64,000 nucleotides of DNA from positions 1-64,000 of IMG/VR virus record IMGVR_UViG_3300008267_000040, one strand, 5' to 3'. Shown piece by piece: positions 1-10,087 of the stretch. The position numbers and the translations under genes were made by a program. Every line of letters starts with the position of its first letter. The first letter of the stretch is position 1. Origin of the DNA: a virus. The notes under the pieces are model-generated. The model did not search any database, was not told the origin of the DNA, and worked only from the letters and a program-made list of their open reading frames with translations.

Positions 1-972
1 CATGTTGCCCTTTCCTCTACGAGTTCTTTGTGCAATCTGGTTTGCATCACGCTCGATTTGGAAGATAAGACCCTTGAACTTCTCAACTGACCAACGACCG
101 TTGGAGTCAACGTCTAGGTCGAAGATACCTGAAGTTGCTGTGTTTAGAGTTGCACCCTGTTCAGCAATCTTGTAGATGGTTCTGATAACTTCACGGTTGA
201 TTTCAGCAAGAATCTCTGTTGAGAGAATGTTTGCCAACTCAGCCTCAGCATTTAGACCATGGATTGCCTTAAGGTCTTGTGCAAGCTCTAGTGAGTACTC
301 AGCCTTGAGTGCTCTGGACTTTGCAGTAACGGTGACTTTCTCGATTGAGAATGCCATCTCGTTGAATGCACCAGAACCAGAACCATCAAGTGCTTCTGAC
401 TCAGCAGTGCTCATACCTTGACCTACATTGTAGGATCCAGCAGGAGATGCAGTTGGGTTAAGAAGACCTGGGTTTGCACCAGACTGTGCAGTAGTACCGA
501 AACCAGCAGCAACACCAGTTGCTCCTGCGGTATTACCAAATCCAGCATTCTGACCTGAGAATGCGGTATCTGCTTCGTTGAAGAATGCTTCTGTTCCGTT
601 CTGGTTTGTATACTTCGAACGCATTGCGAAGATAAGACCAGTTGGAGCATTCATTGGTTGAACACCTGCGAGGTCATATGCGACCAAGTTAGGCATTGAA
701 CGACGAATGAGTGAAATTAGAACTGGGTCAAAACCAGCAACAGGAGATGATGCTGAACCACTGAAACCTGCAGCACCAGTTGCTGATGGGTCAGTACTTA
801 CAGTTGGGGTTTCGTAGAGGAACTCACGCTCTTCACGGAGTGCTCTCTCTTGGTTTTCTAGCAGGATAGCAGTAACTGCTCTACGGTGGGAATCTCTGAT
901 TTCACCTAGACCGTTATAGTCTAGGAGAGGTGCCCACTTCTCCTGCAATTGTTCTGCATTGAACATTTGCAT
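1..972 (-). CDS. gp23: Major capsid protein gp23 (5' part; runs off the left edge)
   Basis: Not in the ORF track. Manual translation from ATG at 972 gives MQMFNAEQLQEKWAPLLD...AVTAILLENQE...AGFDPVLISLIRRSMPNLVAYDLAGVQPMNAPTGLIFAMRS, the T4-like MCP signature; GAGG RBS upstream; follows gp22. Confidence 0.97.
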   Translation of the reverse strand, partial: MQMFNAEQLQEKWAPLLDYNGLGEIRDSHRRAVTAILLENQERALREEREFLYETPTVSTDPSATGAAGFSGSASSPVAGFDPVLISLIRRSMPNLVAYDLAGVQPMNAPTGLIFAMRSKYTNQNGTEAFFNEADTAFSGQNAGFGNTAGATGVAAGFGTTAQSGANPGLLNPTASPAGSYNVGQGMSTAESEALDGSGSGAFNEMAFSIEKVTVTAKSRALKAEYSLELAQDLKAIHGLNAEAELANILSTEILAEINREVIRTIYKIAEQGATLNTATSGIFDLDVDSNGRWSVEKFKGLIFQIERDANQIAQRTRRGKGNM

Positions 973-1025
973 TGTTTTTACCTCTGTATGGAAATTGTTA
1001 GTTTGATATTTTTATTATATAAAAA

Positions 1026-2225
1026 TCACTTTTTAGAAACTCTTTCAAGTGCTTGGAGATAAGCACCCATTGTTCCAGTAACTGGTTGTGAGTAGTCAGT
1101 CTCCTCTGCCATATAGTCTTGATTGTCTCTTTGAGTAACTACATTTGATGGGAAATATGATTCCCTCAAAGTTACTAGTTTCTCACGATAGTCTTCTTCA
1201 CTACCAAACTCAACATTTTCTGCAAGAGAAGCGAGCTTGTCTTTCTGTGAAAGTGCAAGTCCTTCAGAAACTTCCGCAAAAATTACGTCAGTTACTGATT
1301 CTGCTAGTCTCTTATTTAGAGCAACATTTCTTTCGATTTGCTCGTTGAGTTTTGACTCCATTTCATCAAGTTTTTCTACCATGCTTTCAAGCACATCATA
1401 TTTATCTTCAGGGATTGTTACATAATGTTCTTCAAAAAGTCCTTTCAGACCCATAAGGAATGATTCAGTTGCTTGAGATTGAATTCCTCTTTCGATTGCA
1501 ATTGCATTCTCCTGAATCCACTCATCAGCAACATACTCAAGATAAGCATCAAGTCTTTCTTCTAGTGCTTCCTCAAGTTCAGCAACTTCTTCTGCTAGTT
1601 TCTCTTCATAATGCGTAAGAATTGCTTCTTCGATTTGTTGAGTTCTAGCATTTAGTGCTGCTTCGAAGATTGTTCTTGCTTTGTCTCTAAACTCTTCTGA
1701 TAAATCTTCACCAGAGAGTAAAGCATCAACATCTTCTTGAATTTCATTCTCAATGGCAATAAATGCCTCTTTCATTTTCTTCTTCTTGCCGTCTTCTTCT
1801 TCACCATCTTCTTCATCATCTTCTTCTTCTTCATCTTCATCTTCATCATCTTCACATGATGCTGCTTCTTCTAGTTCTTCTTCACCTTCTTCGAGTTCGT
1901 ACTCATCTTCTACGAGTTCTTCATCTTCGTCTTCGGACTCCTCTTTCATTGCTTTCATTGGGTCTGCAGACTTAGCACCCTTATTTACAACATCCTTAAC
2001 TTGTGCCAAAGTTGCACCAGGAGTCTTCAGCTTTGCAGAATCATCTGTAGACTTATAATTTTCTGGAGTAGGACCACCAAGGTCTTCCCAACTTCCTGTT
2101 TGACCAGCAACTGCTCCTGGAGCAAGTTTATGCATTGCTTCTGCTGCAGCAGCGTTTGCATTTACAGCAGTTTTAGATTGTTTAGTGCCTGTTTCCATTT
2201 CTTGTAAGTTTTTACCACGGGACAT
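1026..2225 (-). CDS. gp22: Prohead core scaffolding protein gp22
   Basis: Very acidic coiled coil with LSEEF..KA.TIFEAA, YLEYVADEW and GLKGLFEEHY motifs; lies between gp21 and gp23. Confidence 0.93.
   Translation of the reverse strand: MSRGKNLQEMETGTKQSKTAVNANAAAAEAMHKLAPGAVAGQTGSWEDLGGPTPENYKSTDDSAKLKTPGATLAQVKDVVNKGAKSADPMKAMKEESEDEDEELVEDEYELEEGEEELEEAASCEDDEDEDEEEEDDEEDGEEEDGKKKKMKEAFIAIENEIQEDVDALLSGEDLSEEFRDKARTIFEAALNARTQQIEEAILTHYEEKLAEEVAELEEALEERLDAYLEYVADEWIQENAIAIERGIQSQATESFLMGLKGLFEEHYVTIPEDKYDVLESMVEKLDEMESKLNEQIERNVALNKRLAESVTDVIFAEVSEGLALSQKDKLASLAENVEFGSEEDYREKLVTLRESYFPSNVVTQRDNQDYMAEETDYSQPVTGTMGAYLQALERVSKK
1777..1950. repeat. Low-complexity (TCT/TCA)n tract encoding the poly-Glu/Asp segment of gp22
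   Basis: Runs of tcttcttca/tcatct encode EDDEDEDEEEEDDEEDGEEEDG. Confidence 0.8.
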
Positions 2226-2265
2226 TTGAACTCTCCGATTTTACTATATATCTAAAATCTATATT

Positions 2266-2273
2266 TATTTATA
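2266..2273 (-). promoter_or_regulatory. T4-type late promoter TATAAATA upstream of gp22
   Basis: tatttata on + strand in the intergenic gap. Confidence 0.8.
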
Positions 2274-2275
2274 AA

Positions 2276-2926
2276 TCAAAGATTTGATAAAAATTCTTGG
2301 AACAAATTTAGCTTCTGCTCATCAAGAATTTTTTGATCAACTAATGTATTTATTCTCTTATAAGTCTTCTGTGCAAGTTGCTCACGAAGAATTCCACCTT
2401 CCCAAACCCACTCCTTGCCTTCCATAATTCCAGATACAAAAGCATCAGGTGCTGAAGGATCTGCAACAATATCTGCTGCAGTTGCTAACATAAAATCTTC
2501 ACCAACAACTGAATATCCTTCATTGGTTGGCATCAATGAACCAACACCACGAGAAGAAACACCAAGCATTACTCCTTCACCAAGAAGAGAAGAAGCAATT
2601 TTACCCATTGGAGTTTCAAGGATTTTTGCTTTTCCTACGAAATTACTTCCACTTCTATAAAGTTCACAAATTTTGTGTGAAACTCTATCAAGATTTACAG
2701 TTGGACCATCGGGATGTCCAAGTTCTCCAAGAGCACGACCTTTTTGGATAAAGTTTTCATTATACCTTTTAACCTCTCTCTCAAGAGTTCTCATTTCATA
2801 GAGTCTCTTGTTTCTGTTTGGTTTGTCTGCTTGGAGGAAAATTCCTTCAATAAAAAGAGATTTTTTACCGTTCTTTTCTTCGGTAATAACTTTAACCTTT
2901 TCGATTTCTTCTGTGATTAGTTTCAT
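2276..2926 (-). CDS. gp21: Prohead maturation protease gp21
   Basis: MKLITE start; GIFLQA, NRNKRLY, ALGELGHP, RVSH, GVSSRGVGS and DPSAPDAFV motifs. Confidence 0.96.
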   Translation of the reverse strand: MKLITEEIEKVKVITEEKNGKKSLFIEGIFLQADKPNRNKRLYEMRTLEREVKRYNENFIQKGRALGELGHPDGPTVNLDRVSHKICELYRSGSNFVGKAKILETPMGKIASSLLGEGVMLGVSSRGVGSLMPTNEGYSVVGEDFMLATAADIVADPSAPDAFVSGIMEGKEWVWEGGILREQLAQKTYKRINTLVDQKILDEQKLNLFQEFLSNL

Positions 2927-2931
2927 TGTTC

Positions 2932-3201
2932 TTAGTTAGTGAATCCTACTTTTGCTGCTTTAACAGTATTTGCAGATGCAAAAATTACATCAGTCGGAAG
3001 TTTTTGTAAGAATTCAACAGTTCCAGTTGGCATTGTGAATGTTAAAGTTGATGCAGCACCAACAGCAGTAGAAATACTTACAGTGGCAGCAGCACCAGAA
3101 CCGTTATATAGTCTTACGCAGGTAGCTTCACTAATACTTGATGCAGTACCAGCAGTAGTTGGCATTGCAATCTCAGTTGTAATTATTTTAGTTCTTTGCA
3201 T
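2932..3201 (-). CDS. Small hypothetical late protein (89 aa)
   Basis: Co-oriented ORF directly upstream of gp21, preceded by an ATAAATA motif at 3226-3232. Confidence 0.7.
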   Translation of the reverse strand: MQRTKIITTEIAMPTTAGTASSISEATCVRLYNGSGAAATVSISTAVGAASTLTFTMPTGTVEFLQKLPTDVIFASANTVKAAKVGFTN

Positions 3202-3243
3202 TTGTATAATAAAGACCTTATTAGTTATTTATTATTTTAATAA

Positions 3244-4518
3244 TTACCTCTGTTCAATCCAGTTCAATGCTGCAAGTGCTTTTTTGTTAGTATTAGGACT
3301 TGCACAAGCAAGAGTATAAGTATCACTGATTGTTCCAATACCACTTCTACCCAACTGAAGTGCTGCTCTAACATCAAGATCAATTAATGAAGAAGTACCT
3401 GCAACGACAAAACCACTCAAAAGATCACTTCCACCAGATACTGCAGTTTGAGTAATATTATACTGCATAAAAGAGTTTGGATCGGGATGATCTACCCAAG
3501 TTCCTCCAGTCAATGTTGCATTCTGAAGAAGTTTCCAATAAATGTTTGTATTATCATTGGTTGCTGCTTGTAGTGACCTTAAAAGCATTACACCAGTTAG
3601 ATTATTGGACTTCAAACGAATACTTATAATTGGATAGAATGTATCTGAAGATGGCATCGTTGTCCCTGTGATGGGATTGGATATACTCAAAAGAGTTCCA
3701 AGTTTCTCTGGTTCTCCTTCCTGAATAAGAGAATTAGAACCCTGGTATAGGTAATGATTTCCTGCAACACCAGTTACATTTTCAATCTCAAGTCTAATTG
3801 GTAAGAATGGAGTAGAGCACCAAACTCCAGTATTAGTATTTGAGTTCTCAAAAGTATGACTTGGGATAGTTTCGTTCTTTATCAACCAAGCAAATTCTAC
3901 AATTCCAGCACCATACCATTCATAATTGATAGAGATCATTTGTTGTTTTGTTGGATCTGCAACAACTCCTGTATATCCATTACCATCAAACTTTTCACCA
4001 TTCCAATCATCCCTATACACTCTAGTTTCTGAAACAATTCCAGTTACACTACTACGAATAACATAAGAGTATGTTCCTCCGTCATCCTCAAAGTATGCAC
4101 CATTATATTCATCAAACAATCCAAATCTTCTGCGAATACCTACCTGTGGTGTAGTAAGACGAATTGCAAATGCTAGAGTTGCACCCCTACCAGGAATGTA
4201 TCTCATCACATTCTTGGTTTGTCTAATAACTTTACTTCCTGCAGTCGATCCAACTTGCATTATCACATTACTAGATGCTGTATTGTGAGCTGCAGTTCCT
4301 ACTCCAACTATTCTTTCATCCCATACATCAGTCTCTTTACCATACTGGAAGGTGTTAAAAAACACTGTTTGATATGGAGATATTTTTAATCTGTCATTGT
4401 TGGTAAATTGAGGTCTCCAGTCCGTCTGGTTTCCCCAGTGATCTGCAATATTAAAGACCTCAAAGAGACTTCTCTCTTGATTTAGATAATCTTGTGTATT
4501 CTTATTCCACTGTGCCAT
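3244..4518 (-). CDS. Putative virion structural protein (424 aa); compact paralogue of the core of the 1681-aa protein
   Basis: Shares RQ(T/S)K...RY..G(R/K)G, G.FD..NG, WN..K.DG.G..G and QMI...Y.WYGAG motifs with 16721..21766. Confidence 0.75.
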   Translation of the reverse strand: MAQWNKNTQDYLNQERSLFEVFNIADHWGNQTDWRPQFTNNDRLKISPYQTVFFNTFQYGKETDVWDERIVGVGTAAHNTASSNVIMQVGSTAGSKVIRQTKNVMRYIPGRGATLAFAIRLTTPQVGIRRRFGLFDEYNGAYFEDDGGTYSYVIRSSVTGIVSETRVYRDDWNGEKFDGNGYTGVVADPTKQQMISINYEWYGAGIVEFAWLIKNETIPSHTFENSNTNTGVWCSTPFLPIRLEIENVTGVAGNHYLYQGSNSLIQEGEPEKLGTLLSISNPITGTTMPSSDTFYPIISIRLKSNNLTGVMLLRSLQAATNDNTNIYWKLLQNATLTGGTWVDHPDPNSFMQYNITQTAVSGGSDLLSGFVVAGTSSLIDLDVRAALQLGRSGIGTISDTYTLACASPNTNKKALAALNWIEQR

Positions 4519-4520
4519 TA

Positions 4521-4835
4521 CTAATCAGTCCAAGTTAGTCTTTCTGGTTGATATCTTTGCGAACTCTTAATTTTTAAAGAACTTGTTGTTTGTGGATAGA
4601 TGTTATGAACGATTGCTCCTGGATAATCTCCTTGAAGATTTTCTGCAAGTTCATTTTTTGACATCATTTTACCTTCTACTTCAAGACGATATAATTTTCC
4701 TTCCCAAATTACATCGGCAACAAAAGATTCACCAACTGGTTCTGATTGATTTTCAGAACCGTTGATGTATAGATTTCCATTGAAATCACCAGCAATATTA
4801 ACTGATTCTGAAATAAATTGTCTGTATGATTTCAT
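4521..4835 (-). CDS. Putative internal head/core protein with a T4-type capsid-targeting N-terminus (104 aa)
   Basis: Begins MKSYRQFISE (compare T4 IPIII CTS MKTYQEFIAE); located between gp67 and gp21. Confidence 0.65.
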   Translation of the reverse strand: MKSYRQFISESVNIAGDFNGNLYINGSENQSEPVGESFVADVIWEGKLYRLEVEGKMMSKNELAENLQGDYPGAIVHNIYPQTTSSLKIKSSQRYQPERLTWTD

Positions 4836-4844
4836 TTTTATGAC

Positions 4845-5009
4845 TCACTCTTCTTCTGTGTTGTCTTCTAAATCAAACATGTCCGAAACAACATGGGGTC
4901 TAACGGTTTCGATTCTCTCCAATGCTTTTTGCATTAGCATTTGTTTGATTTCGTCACTAACTTCCATGGGAGATTCACCTGTTGCGATTTTACTAATTAA
5001 GTCACTCAT
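4845..5009 (-). CDS. Small acidic prohead core protein, gp67-like (54 aa; missing from the track)
   Basis: Manual translation MSDLISKIATGESPMEVSDEIKQMLMQKALERIETVRPHVVSDMFDLEDNTEEE*; immediately after gp20, which is the T4 gp67 position; late promoter upstream. Confidence 0.75.
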   Translation of the reverse strand: MSDLISKIATGESPMEVSDEIKQMLMQKALERIETVRPHVVSDMFDLEDNTEEE

Positions 5010-5033
5010 AGTCTTTAAATGTTAATTTAAAAT

Positions 5034-5041
5034 TATTTATA
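5034..5041 (-). promoter_or_regulatory. Late promoter TATAAATA overlapping the gp20 stop codon
   Basis: tatttata at 5034-5041; its TAA is the gp20 stop. Confidence 0.75.
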
Positions 5042-6701
5042 TTTGTCCTGCTTCTGGTTCCATTACTGGAGATCCCATTGAAGCATTAGATTGTGGTTCT
5101 GTTTGTTGAGGAATCTGTTGCCCATCTTGAGGCATTGCCTCTGGGGGCATTGCATTTGGATCTGGTAAAATTCCCTTTTCTATTTCTTTTTTAATTTGCT
5201 TATCAATATCAATAATATCTCCATCAGTTTGCTTCAGGATCTTTGTTCTTACATACTGAACTGAAAAATACCTACCAAGATATGGTTCCATCGCAGCAAC
5301 CACAGCAAGTTTGTCATTCATCAATTCAGATTCTTTTAATTCAGCAAAATGATTATCATAAAGAAAATCATACTGAATGTGATCTGAAAGAACATTCCAG
5401 TCTTCTGGAGTTACAATATTCTTAAGAATAAGTTGTGTTTTTAGAATGTCATTAAATAAATTAGAAAATCTTTTTCTTAGTCTCCCCACAAACTTTGTAA
5501 ATCTTACTTCATCTCTTAGGATTTCTGAAGAACGACCAAGACTAAAACCACTACTAGAATTTGTTCTAGTTTCTGGAACATTCAATGAACGGAATAATTT
5601 CTTTTGGAAATACTCAATATCTGCCAATTCCCCAAGATTTTGCCCACCAGGAAGAGTGGTAATTTCTGTTCCTCTTCCTCCTTCTCTACGTGGCAACCAG
5701 AAATCTTCAAGCATTGCCATATATTTTCTATCATCACGAATCTCTCCAGTGTCTGCGTTATAGACTAATTTGTTTCTATAACGATTCATTACATCACGAA
5801 GATATTGTTCTGCTTTAATCTTTGGAAGATTGCCAACATCAATGTAAAAAATACGACGTTCTGGAGCACGAGATAGTCTATAAATCACAAGACTATCTTC
5901 AATCATTCTAAGTTGATTAAGTGCCTTAATTGCTTTATGTAGATATGATAATACTGTTTGCCTATTCCTATCTACTAATCCAGAAGTAATGTAAGTGACA
6001 GAATCTTTAGACAATCTAACCATTCTAGCATCATTCTTATAACTGTTTGATGTCTGACTACCACCAGTTTGCAATGCTGCATTTGGATTATAAATGTAAT
6101 ACTCTTCCATCTCTGGATTGGTAAAATCAATTGTATTATCCTTATTGATAATAGTATTGAGAGTTCCAGTTAAAGTCTGCTTATCATTTTTTAATTTTCT
6201 GATATAACGAATCTTTAATGGGTCAATGTATCTTACTTCTTTAATACCATCTGCTGGTTTGGTTACATCAATAACTTTGTGGTAATATAATCTTCCATCA
6301 ATATACCAATTCCTAAAAATTTCATGGGCTTTTTTATCAAAGTCCATGATTTCTTTGATGTACTTAAACTCGTTTCTAATTGCTTCTTTTAATTTGTCTG
6401 AAGCAGGAAGATTTGAAAGTTCTATCTCTACTGGAGAATCATTCAAATCCGAAACAATTGCCTCGTCTACAATATCTTCAATAGCACTATCACACTCAGG
6501 GTGAAGTGCCATTTCTCTGTATCTTCTTACTAAATCTTGTTCATTTTTGTATACACCTTCAATATCTACATACTGGCCATAAAACCCACTAGAGATATAA
6601 TAATCTGACTTATCTTCGTCATTTTGAGGAACAGGGGAAAGAATTTTTTCTGAATTTTCTCTCCCCTTATCTTCAAACTTGTAACCAAATAATTTAGGCA
6701 T
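5037..6701 (-). CDS. gp20: Portal vertex protein gp20
   Basis: YREMALHPECDSAI, LRMIEDSLVIYRLSRAPERRIFYIDVGNLPK and EDFWLPRREGGRGTEITTLPGGQNLG motifs. Confidence 0.98.
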   Translation of the reverse strand: MPKLFGYKFEDKGRENSEKILSPVPQNDEDKSDYYISSGFYGQYVDIEGVYKNEQDLVRRYREMALHPECDSAIEDIVDEAIVSDLNDSPVEIELSNLPASDKLKEAIRNEFKYIKEIMDFDKKAHEIFRNWYIDGRLYYHKVIDVTKPADGIKEVRYIDPLKIRYIRKLKNDKQTLTGTLNTIINKDNTIDFTNPEMEEYYIYNPNAALQTGGSQTSNSYKNDARMVRLSKDSVTYITSGLVDRNRQTVLSYLHKAIKALNQLRMIEDSLVIYRLSRAPERRIFYIDVGNLPKIKAEQYLRDVMNRYRNKLVYNADTGEIRDDRKYMAMLEDFWLPRREGGRGTEITTLPGGQNLGELADIEYFQKKLFRSLNVPETRTNSSSGFSLGRSSEILRDEVRFTKFVGRLRKRFSNLFNDILKTQLILKNIVTPEDWNVLSDHIQYDFLYDNHFAELKESELMNDKLAVVAAMEPYLGRYFSVQYVRTKILKQTDGDIIDIDKQIKKEIEKGILPDPNAMPPEAMPQDGQQIPQQTEPQSNASMGSPVMEPEAGQI

Positions 6702-6724
6702 ATTTCAAAAATAGACGTTTCTAG

Positions 6725-6732
6725 TATTTATA
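6725..6732 (-). promoter_or_regulatory. Late promoter TATAAATA upstream of gp20, overlapping the gp19 stop
   Basis: tatttata at 6725-6732. Confidence 0.75.
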
Positions 6733-7363
6733 CGTCTTCCTTCGTGCCTAAAATACTCTTTTGGTCACTTCCAAGAGAATCATACCATTGAACTTGTAAA
6801 TCTACACTGAATTCTTCAATAGCATCTGCATTATCGTAGGATAATTCAATCGCACTAACTGATGTTGGGAAAGTTCCGTAGAATTTGTATGATTTCAAAA
6901 TAGGAATCTGTGATTCTGTATTTGGAATTGCCCCAGCATCTGAAGATTGACCAGTAATTCCTCTTCCCAATTGATGAACAACCATTTCGGTTTGATATGC
7001 ATTTGGTGTAATAACACCAGCATTGTCATCGTGTCTATTCATAAAGTTCATCCACTTCTCAAATGCATCTCTAATCTTAAAGTTTGTATCATTAATTACT
7101 GTGATTGACCATGGATCAAATGTTCTATCACCAGCAATCTTTAAGTTTCTTCCTCTAAATGGAATATCAATTACATTAATATTTGATGCAGGAAGACTTG
7201 CTGCTTTAATCATAAATCTATAATCATCATCTTCAAGAATTCCTAGACCGCCTGGAAATTTAATTACACATTCAAATAGATTAGGTCTTGCTCCTCCTCC
7301 GATTAGCTTTCCTTTAAAACTGGATAAAGTTCTTTCTGTGTAGTTTGGTAAATTGTTTGCCAT
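6728..7363 (-). CDS. gp19: Tail tube protein gp19
   Basis: GGARPNLF, PFRGRNLKIAGDRTFDPWSITVIND and FPTSVSAIELSYD motifs. Confidence 0.95.
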   Translation of the reverse strand: MANNLPNYTERTLSSFKGKLIGGGARPNLFECVIKFPGGLGILEDDDYRFMIKAASLPASNINVIDIPFRGRNLKIAGDRTFDPWSITVINDTNFKIRDAFEKWMNFMNRHDDNAGVITPNAYQTEMVVHQLGRGITGQSSDAGAIPNTESQIPILKSYKFYGTFPTSVSAIELSYDNADAIEEFSVDLQVQWYDSLGSDQKSILGTKEDV

Positions 7364-7383
7364 TTTTAGTTACCTCTATTAAA

Positions 7384-9768
7384 TTAAACAGTTCCGACTA
7401 CTTCGGAGAAGCTTACGCCAGTGCGGGTGGCAACAAATGTCAGACCAATATAATTAATTGATCTTGCAGGCTTTATGAAGATATCTGCCTTGAATTGATT
7501 TGAATCAATTACATCTGGAGTATTGTTTGATTCATCACAAACAACAATAAATTCAGAAACTCCTCTCTTTGCTTTTACATCACGTAAATAAGGTTCGACA
7601 ATGTTTATAAAGTTTGTCCTTGTGATGAGGTCATTGAATTCAAATAGTTGCGATCTTGCTGCTCTTTCAACTGCTTTTTCTAGGGTTAGGAATAAACGAC
7701 GAACGTTAATTCTATCAAATGCTGATGGATAACCGAGAGCAGTTTTATCACCAAACAAGATAATACCAGCACCAGGAGAAGCAATAACTGGATTAACTCT
7801 CTTGGAATATAGAAGATCTCTTTGTGTTTGTGATGGATTATAAGCAAGTTTGATTGCGTTGTTAAGTGCTCCTCTCACAGATCCTGCTGGGGAGAACCAT
7901 GCATACTGCTCACTAGAAGTTCTTGCCATTAAACCAGCAATATCTGCATTTGTTGGTAGATATAAGAACTTATTATTGAATCTATCTAATGTATATTTAA
8001 ATCCAGTATCAAAAACAGCGTATGAACTAGATGCCAGAGGTTCAAAGAATTCAATAATTTTATTCGTTTGTGTAGTTGAATTTGGTTGATTAACTACATC
8101 ATCTTTATGGGGAGAAATACATGCAATACAATCTTTTCTTTCCTCGGCAATTGCAATCAAAGCACTTGCTTTTGCTTGAGATTCATAAATTGTTGCCCCA
8201 CCAGAAGGACCTTGAATTAGGAAATCCAAAGTATATTCTGCAGGATTTTCAAACTTTTTGTATGCAGAAACAATATTTGCAAGAGTTGCTGCCATTCCAC
8301 CAGAGTTGGAATAATCAGAACCTGCAGTTAGTGTGTATGATTTATTTCCCTGAACACTAAATTTAATTGATTGTGCAGCAGAACCCCAAGAACCAGTTTC
8401 TAGAGTATATGCTCTAGCATTGCCTGAACTTGGAATTAGACCTGAAGCAATATTTGCTCTTGCTGCACCAACATATAAGTTCTCAGAATTTTTTGAAATA
8501 TAATCTTTATAGTAAATTGCTTGAGATGGACTTATCTTTGCGTCAGATGCTTTTGATAAGAAGGTATATTTTTCAATTACATTTGAAGCACTTCCAGTAA
8601 TTTTTCCAGAATCATCAACAACAACTATATGGACCTGATCATTCTTTGAACTTCTTTCTAGTGCATATTGTGATGAACTTGGTTTTGGTGCAATATTTTT
8701 CCAGTAAATGGTTGCATTTGATAGACCAAGTGTTTGTTGGTCATACCAATCCTTTGTTCCCAAATCAGTAGTAAATGTAGAGGTTGTGACACCTGCAGTA
8801 GTTACTACATTGATAGCTTCTACTGTACCAAAAGAATATGCATTAGTAGATTCTCCTGGATTTTTATAGTCAATTGGTTCAGATACACCAGATGAATTTA
8901 CTCTATCTGTAATTTTTACACTAATCTGCTCTCTTCCAACTTCAGTAATAATACCTCTAATAAATCCATCAAAGTTATTTACAACTCCACCAGAAGCATA
9001 TTGGGCAGAAAGTTTTTGTGTTACTGCAAGTCCAACTTGTACTGTTGTTGGTGTTACTACAGTAGATACTTCATTGAATGTAAAAGATGCACCAGTTTCT
9101 ACTGTAGAGTTAGTAGAATCTGCACTTAAAATTAAAGTACTTGAACCAATTGAAATAATATTTGTTCCAGTTGCAAAAAATCCACTAACAATTCTATTTC
9201 CAACAGTAAGAGACGAAGTGTTAATACCAGTAACTAAATTCGTTGTAATTCCAAGATTACCAGTTTTAGTTCCAATATTTGTTGTTACTGTGGTTGTTAG
9301 TGATGTTGTTCCGATTCCAGAGATGATTTGATCTGCTAAAGCATCAATAGAACATACCTTTAATTGGTTTGCCCATGTACCTGGTGTTTTTGCTGCAAAT
9401 TCCCAGGTAGAATCATTTAGATGGTTACTCTGATAATCATCATCTGATTCTATTTTTAGGGTTGATAGTGCATCTGAGTTTGCATTATACAGAGTTGGTC
9501 CATCTGCTCTAACGACTCTCAGTACTCCACCATAAGATAAAAATGAAGATGCGGATAACCAGTACTCGTTCTGGGAATCTTTTTCTAGTGGTTTTCCAAA
9601 ACTTCTTAGTAAGTCTGCTTCAGTTTCTACTAAAACAGGAACTCCAATAGGTCCTTTCTCGAATGGACCTGCAAAAGCACCAACTTGATCAGTTACTGCA
9701 TCAATTCTACCAATAGTTAAGTCAACTTCTCTTATTTTTACCCCAGGTGATACTAAATTTAACGCCAT
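7384..9768 (-). CDS. gp18: Tail sheath protein gp18
   Basis: SPGVKIREVDLT, WFSPAG..RG, FGDKT, AFDRINVRRLF and IFIKPARSINYI motifs. Confidence 0.97.
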   Translation of the reverse strand: MALNLVSPGVKIREVDLTIGRIDAVTDQVGAFAGPFEKGPIGVPVLVETEADLLRSFGKPLEKDSQNEYWLSASSFLSYGGVLRVVRADGPTLYNANSDALSTLKIESDDDYQSNHLNDSTWEFAAKTPGTWANQLKVCSIDALADQIISGIGTTSLTTTVTTNIGTKTGNLGITTNLVTGINTSSLTVGNRIVSGFFATGTNIISIGSSTLILSADSTNSTVETGASFTFNEVSTVVTPTTVQVGLAVTQKLSAQYASGGVVNNFDGFIRGIITEVGREQISVKITDRVNSSGVSEPIDYKNPGESTNAYSFGTVEAINVVTTAGVTTSTFTTDLGTKDWYDQQTLGLSNATIYWKNIAPKPSSSQYALERSSKNDQVHIVVVDDSGKITGSASNVIEKYTFLSKASDAKISPSQAIYYKDYISKNSENLYVGAARANIASGLIPSSGNARAYTLETGSWGSAAQSIKFSVQGNKSYTLTAGSDYSNSGGMAATLANIVSAYKKFENPAEYTLDFLIQGPSGGATIYESQAKASALIAIAEERKDCIACISPHKDDVVNQPNSTTQTNKIIEFFEPLASSSYAVFDTGFKYTLDRFNNKFLYLPTNADIAGLMARTSSEQYAWFSPAGSVRGALNNAIKLAYNPSQTQRDLLYSKRVNPVIASPGAGIILFGDKTALGYPSAFDRINVRRLFLTLEKAVERAARSQLFEFNDLITRTNFINIVEPYLRDVKAKRGVSEFIVVCDESNNTPDVIDSNQFKADIFIKPARSINYIGLTFVATRTGVSFSEVVGTV

Positions 9769-9806
9769 TTGTTTCCCCTCTTGAAGAAGTTCATTTAGTC
9801 TAAAAG

Positions 9807-9814
9807 TATTTATA
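9807..9814 (-). promoter_or_regulatory. Late promoter TATAAATA upstream of gp18
   Basis: tatttata at 9807-9814 in the intergenic gap. Confidence 0.8.
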
Positions 9815-9853
9815 ATTTAGACCCTTTATAATGGGGAAATCAATAGTGAACAA

Positions 9854-10087
9854 TTACCAGTCTGGATACTCCCATTTACTTACTTTTTTGTGATTAGTTT
9901 TTCTGCTTTCCTTTATCCTGTTTATCGTACATAATTTACATTCATATGAATAAGCAGAATGGATATTTCCCCTCCCCTTTCTAGTCAAGTAAAATCCATC
10001 TACCAAGTCTTTTATTTCCCCACACACTCTACATTTTCTTTCGGTGAGAAATACACAGTCTAATTCAAACTGTTCTTCTAAATCCAT
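9854..10087 (-). CDS. Small CxxC...CxxC zinc-binding protein (about 77 aa)
   Basis: CRVC...YECKLC; likely start ATG at 10087 overlaps the gp17 stop (TAATG). Confidence 0.7.
   Translation of the reverse strand: MDLEEQFELDCVFLTERKCRVCGEIKDLVDGFYLTRKGRGNIHSAYSYECKLCTINRIKESRKTNHKKVSKWEYPDW

Noticed and set aside
176-3319. Plus-strand ORFs opposite gp23, gp22 and gp21, including the poly-Ser ORF at 1753..2058
   Set aside because: Antisense shadows of conserved genes; the poly-Ser is the complement of the gp22 poly-Glu/Asp tract
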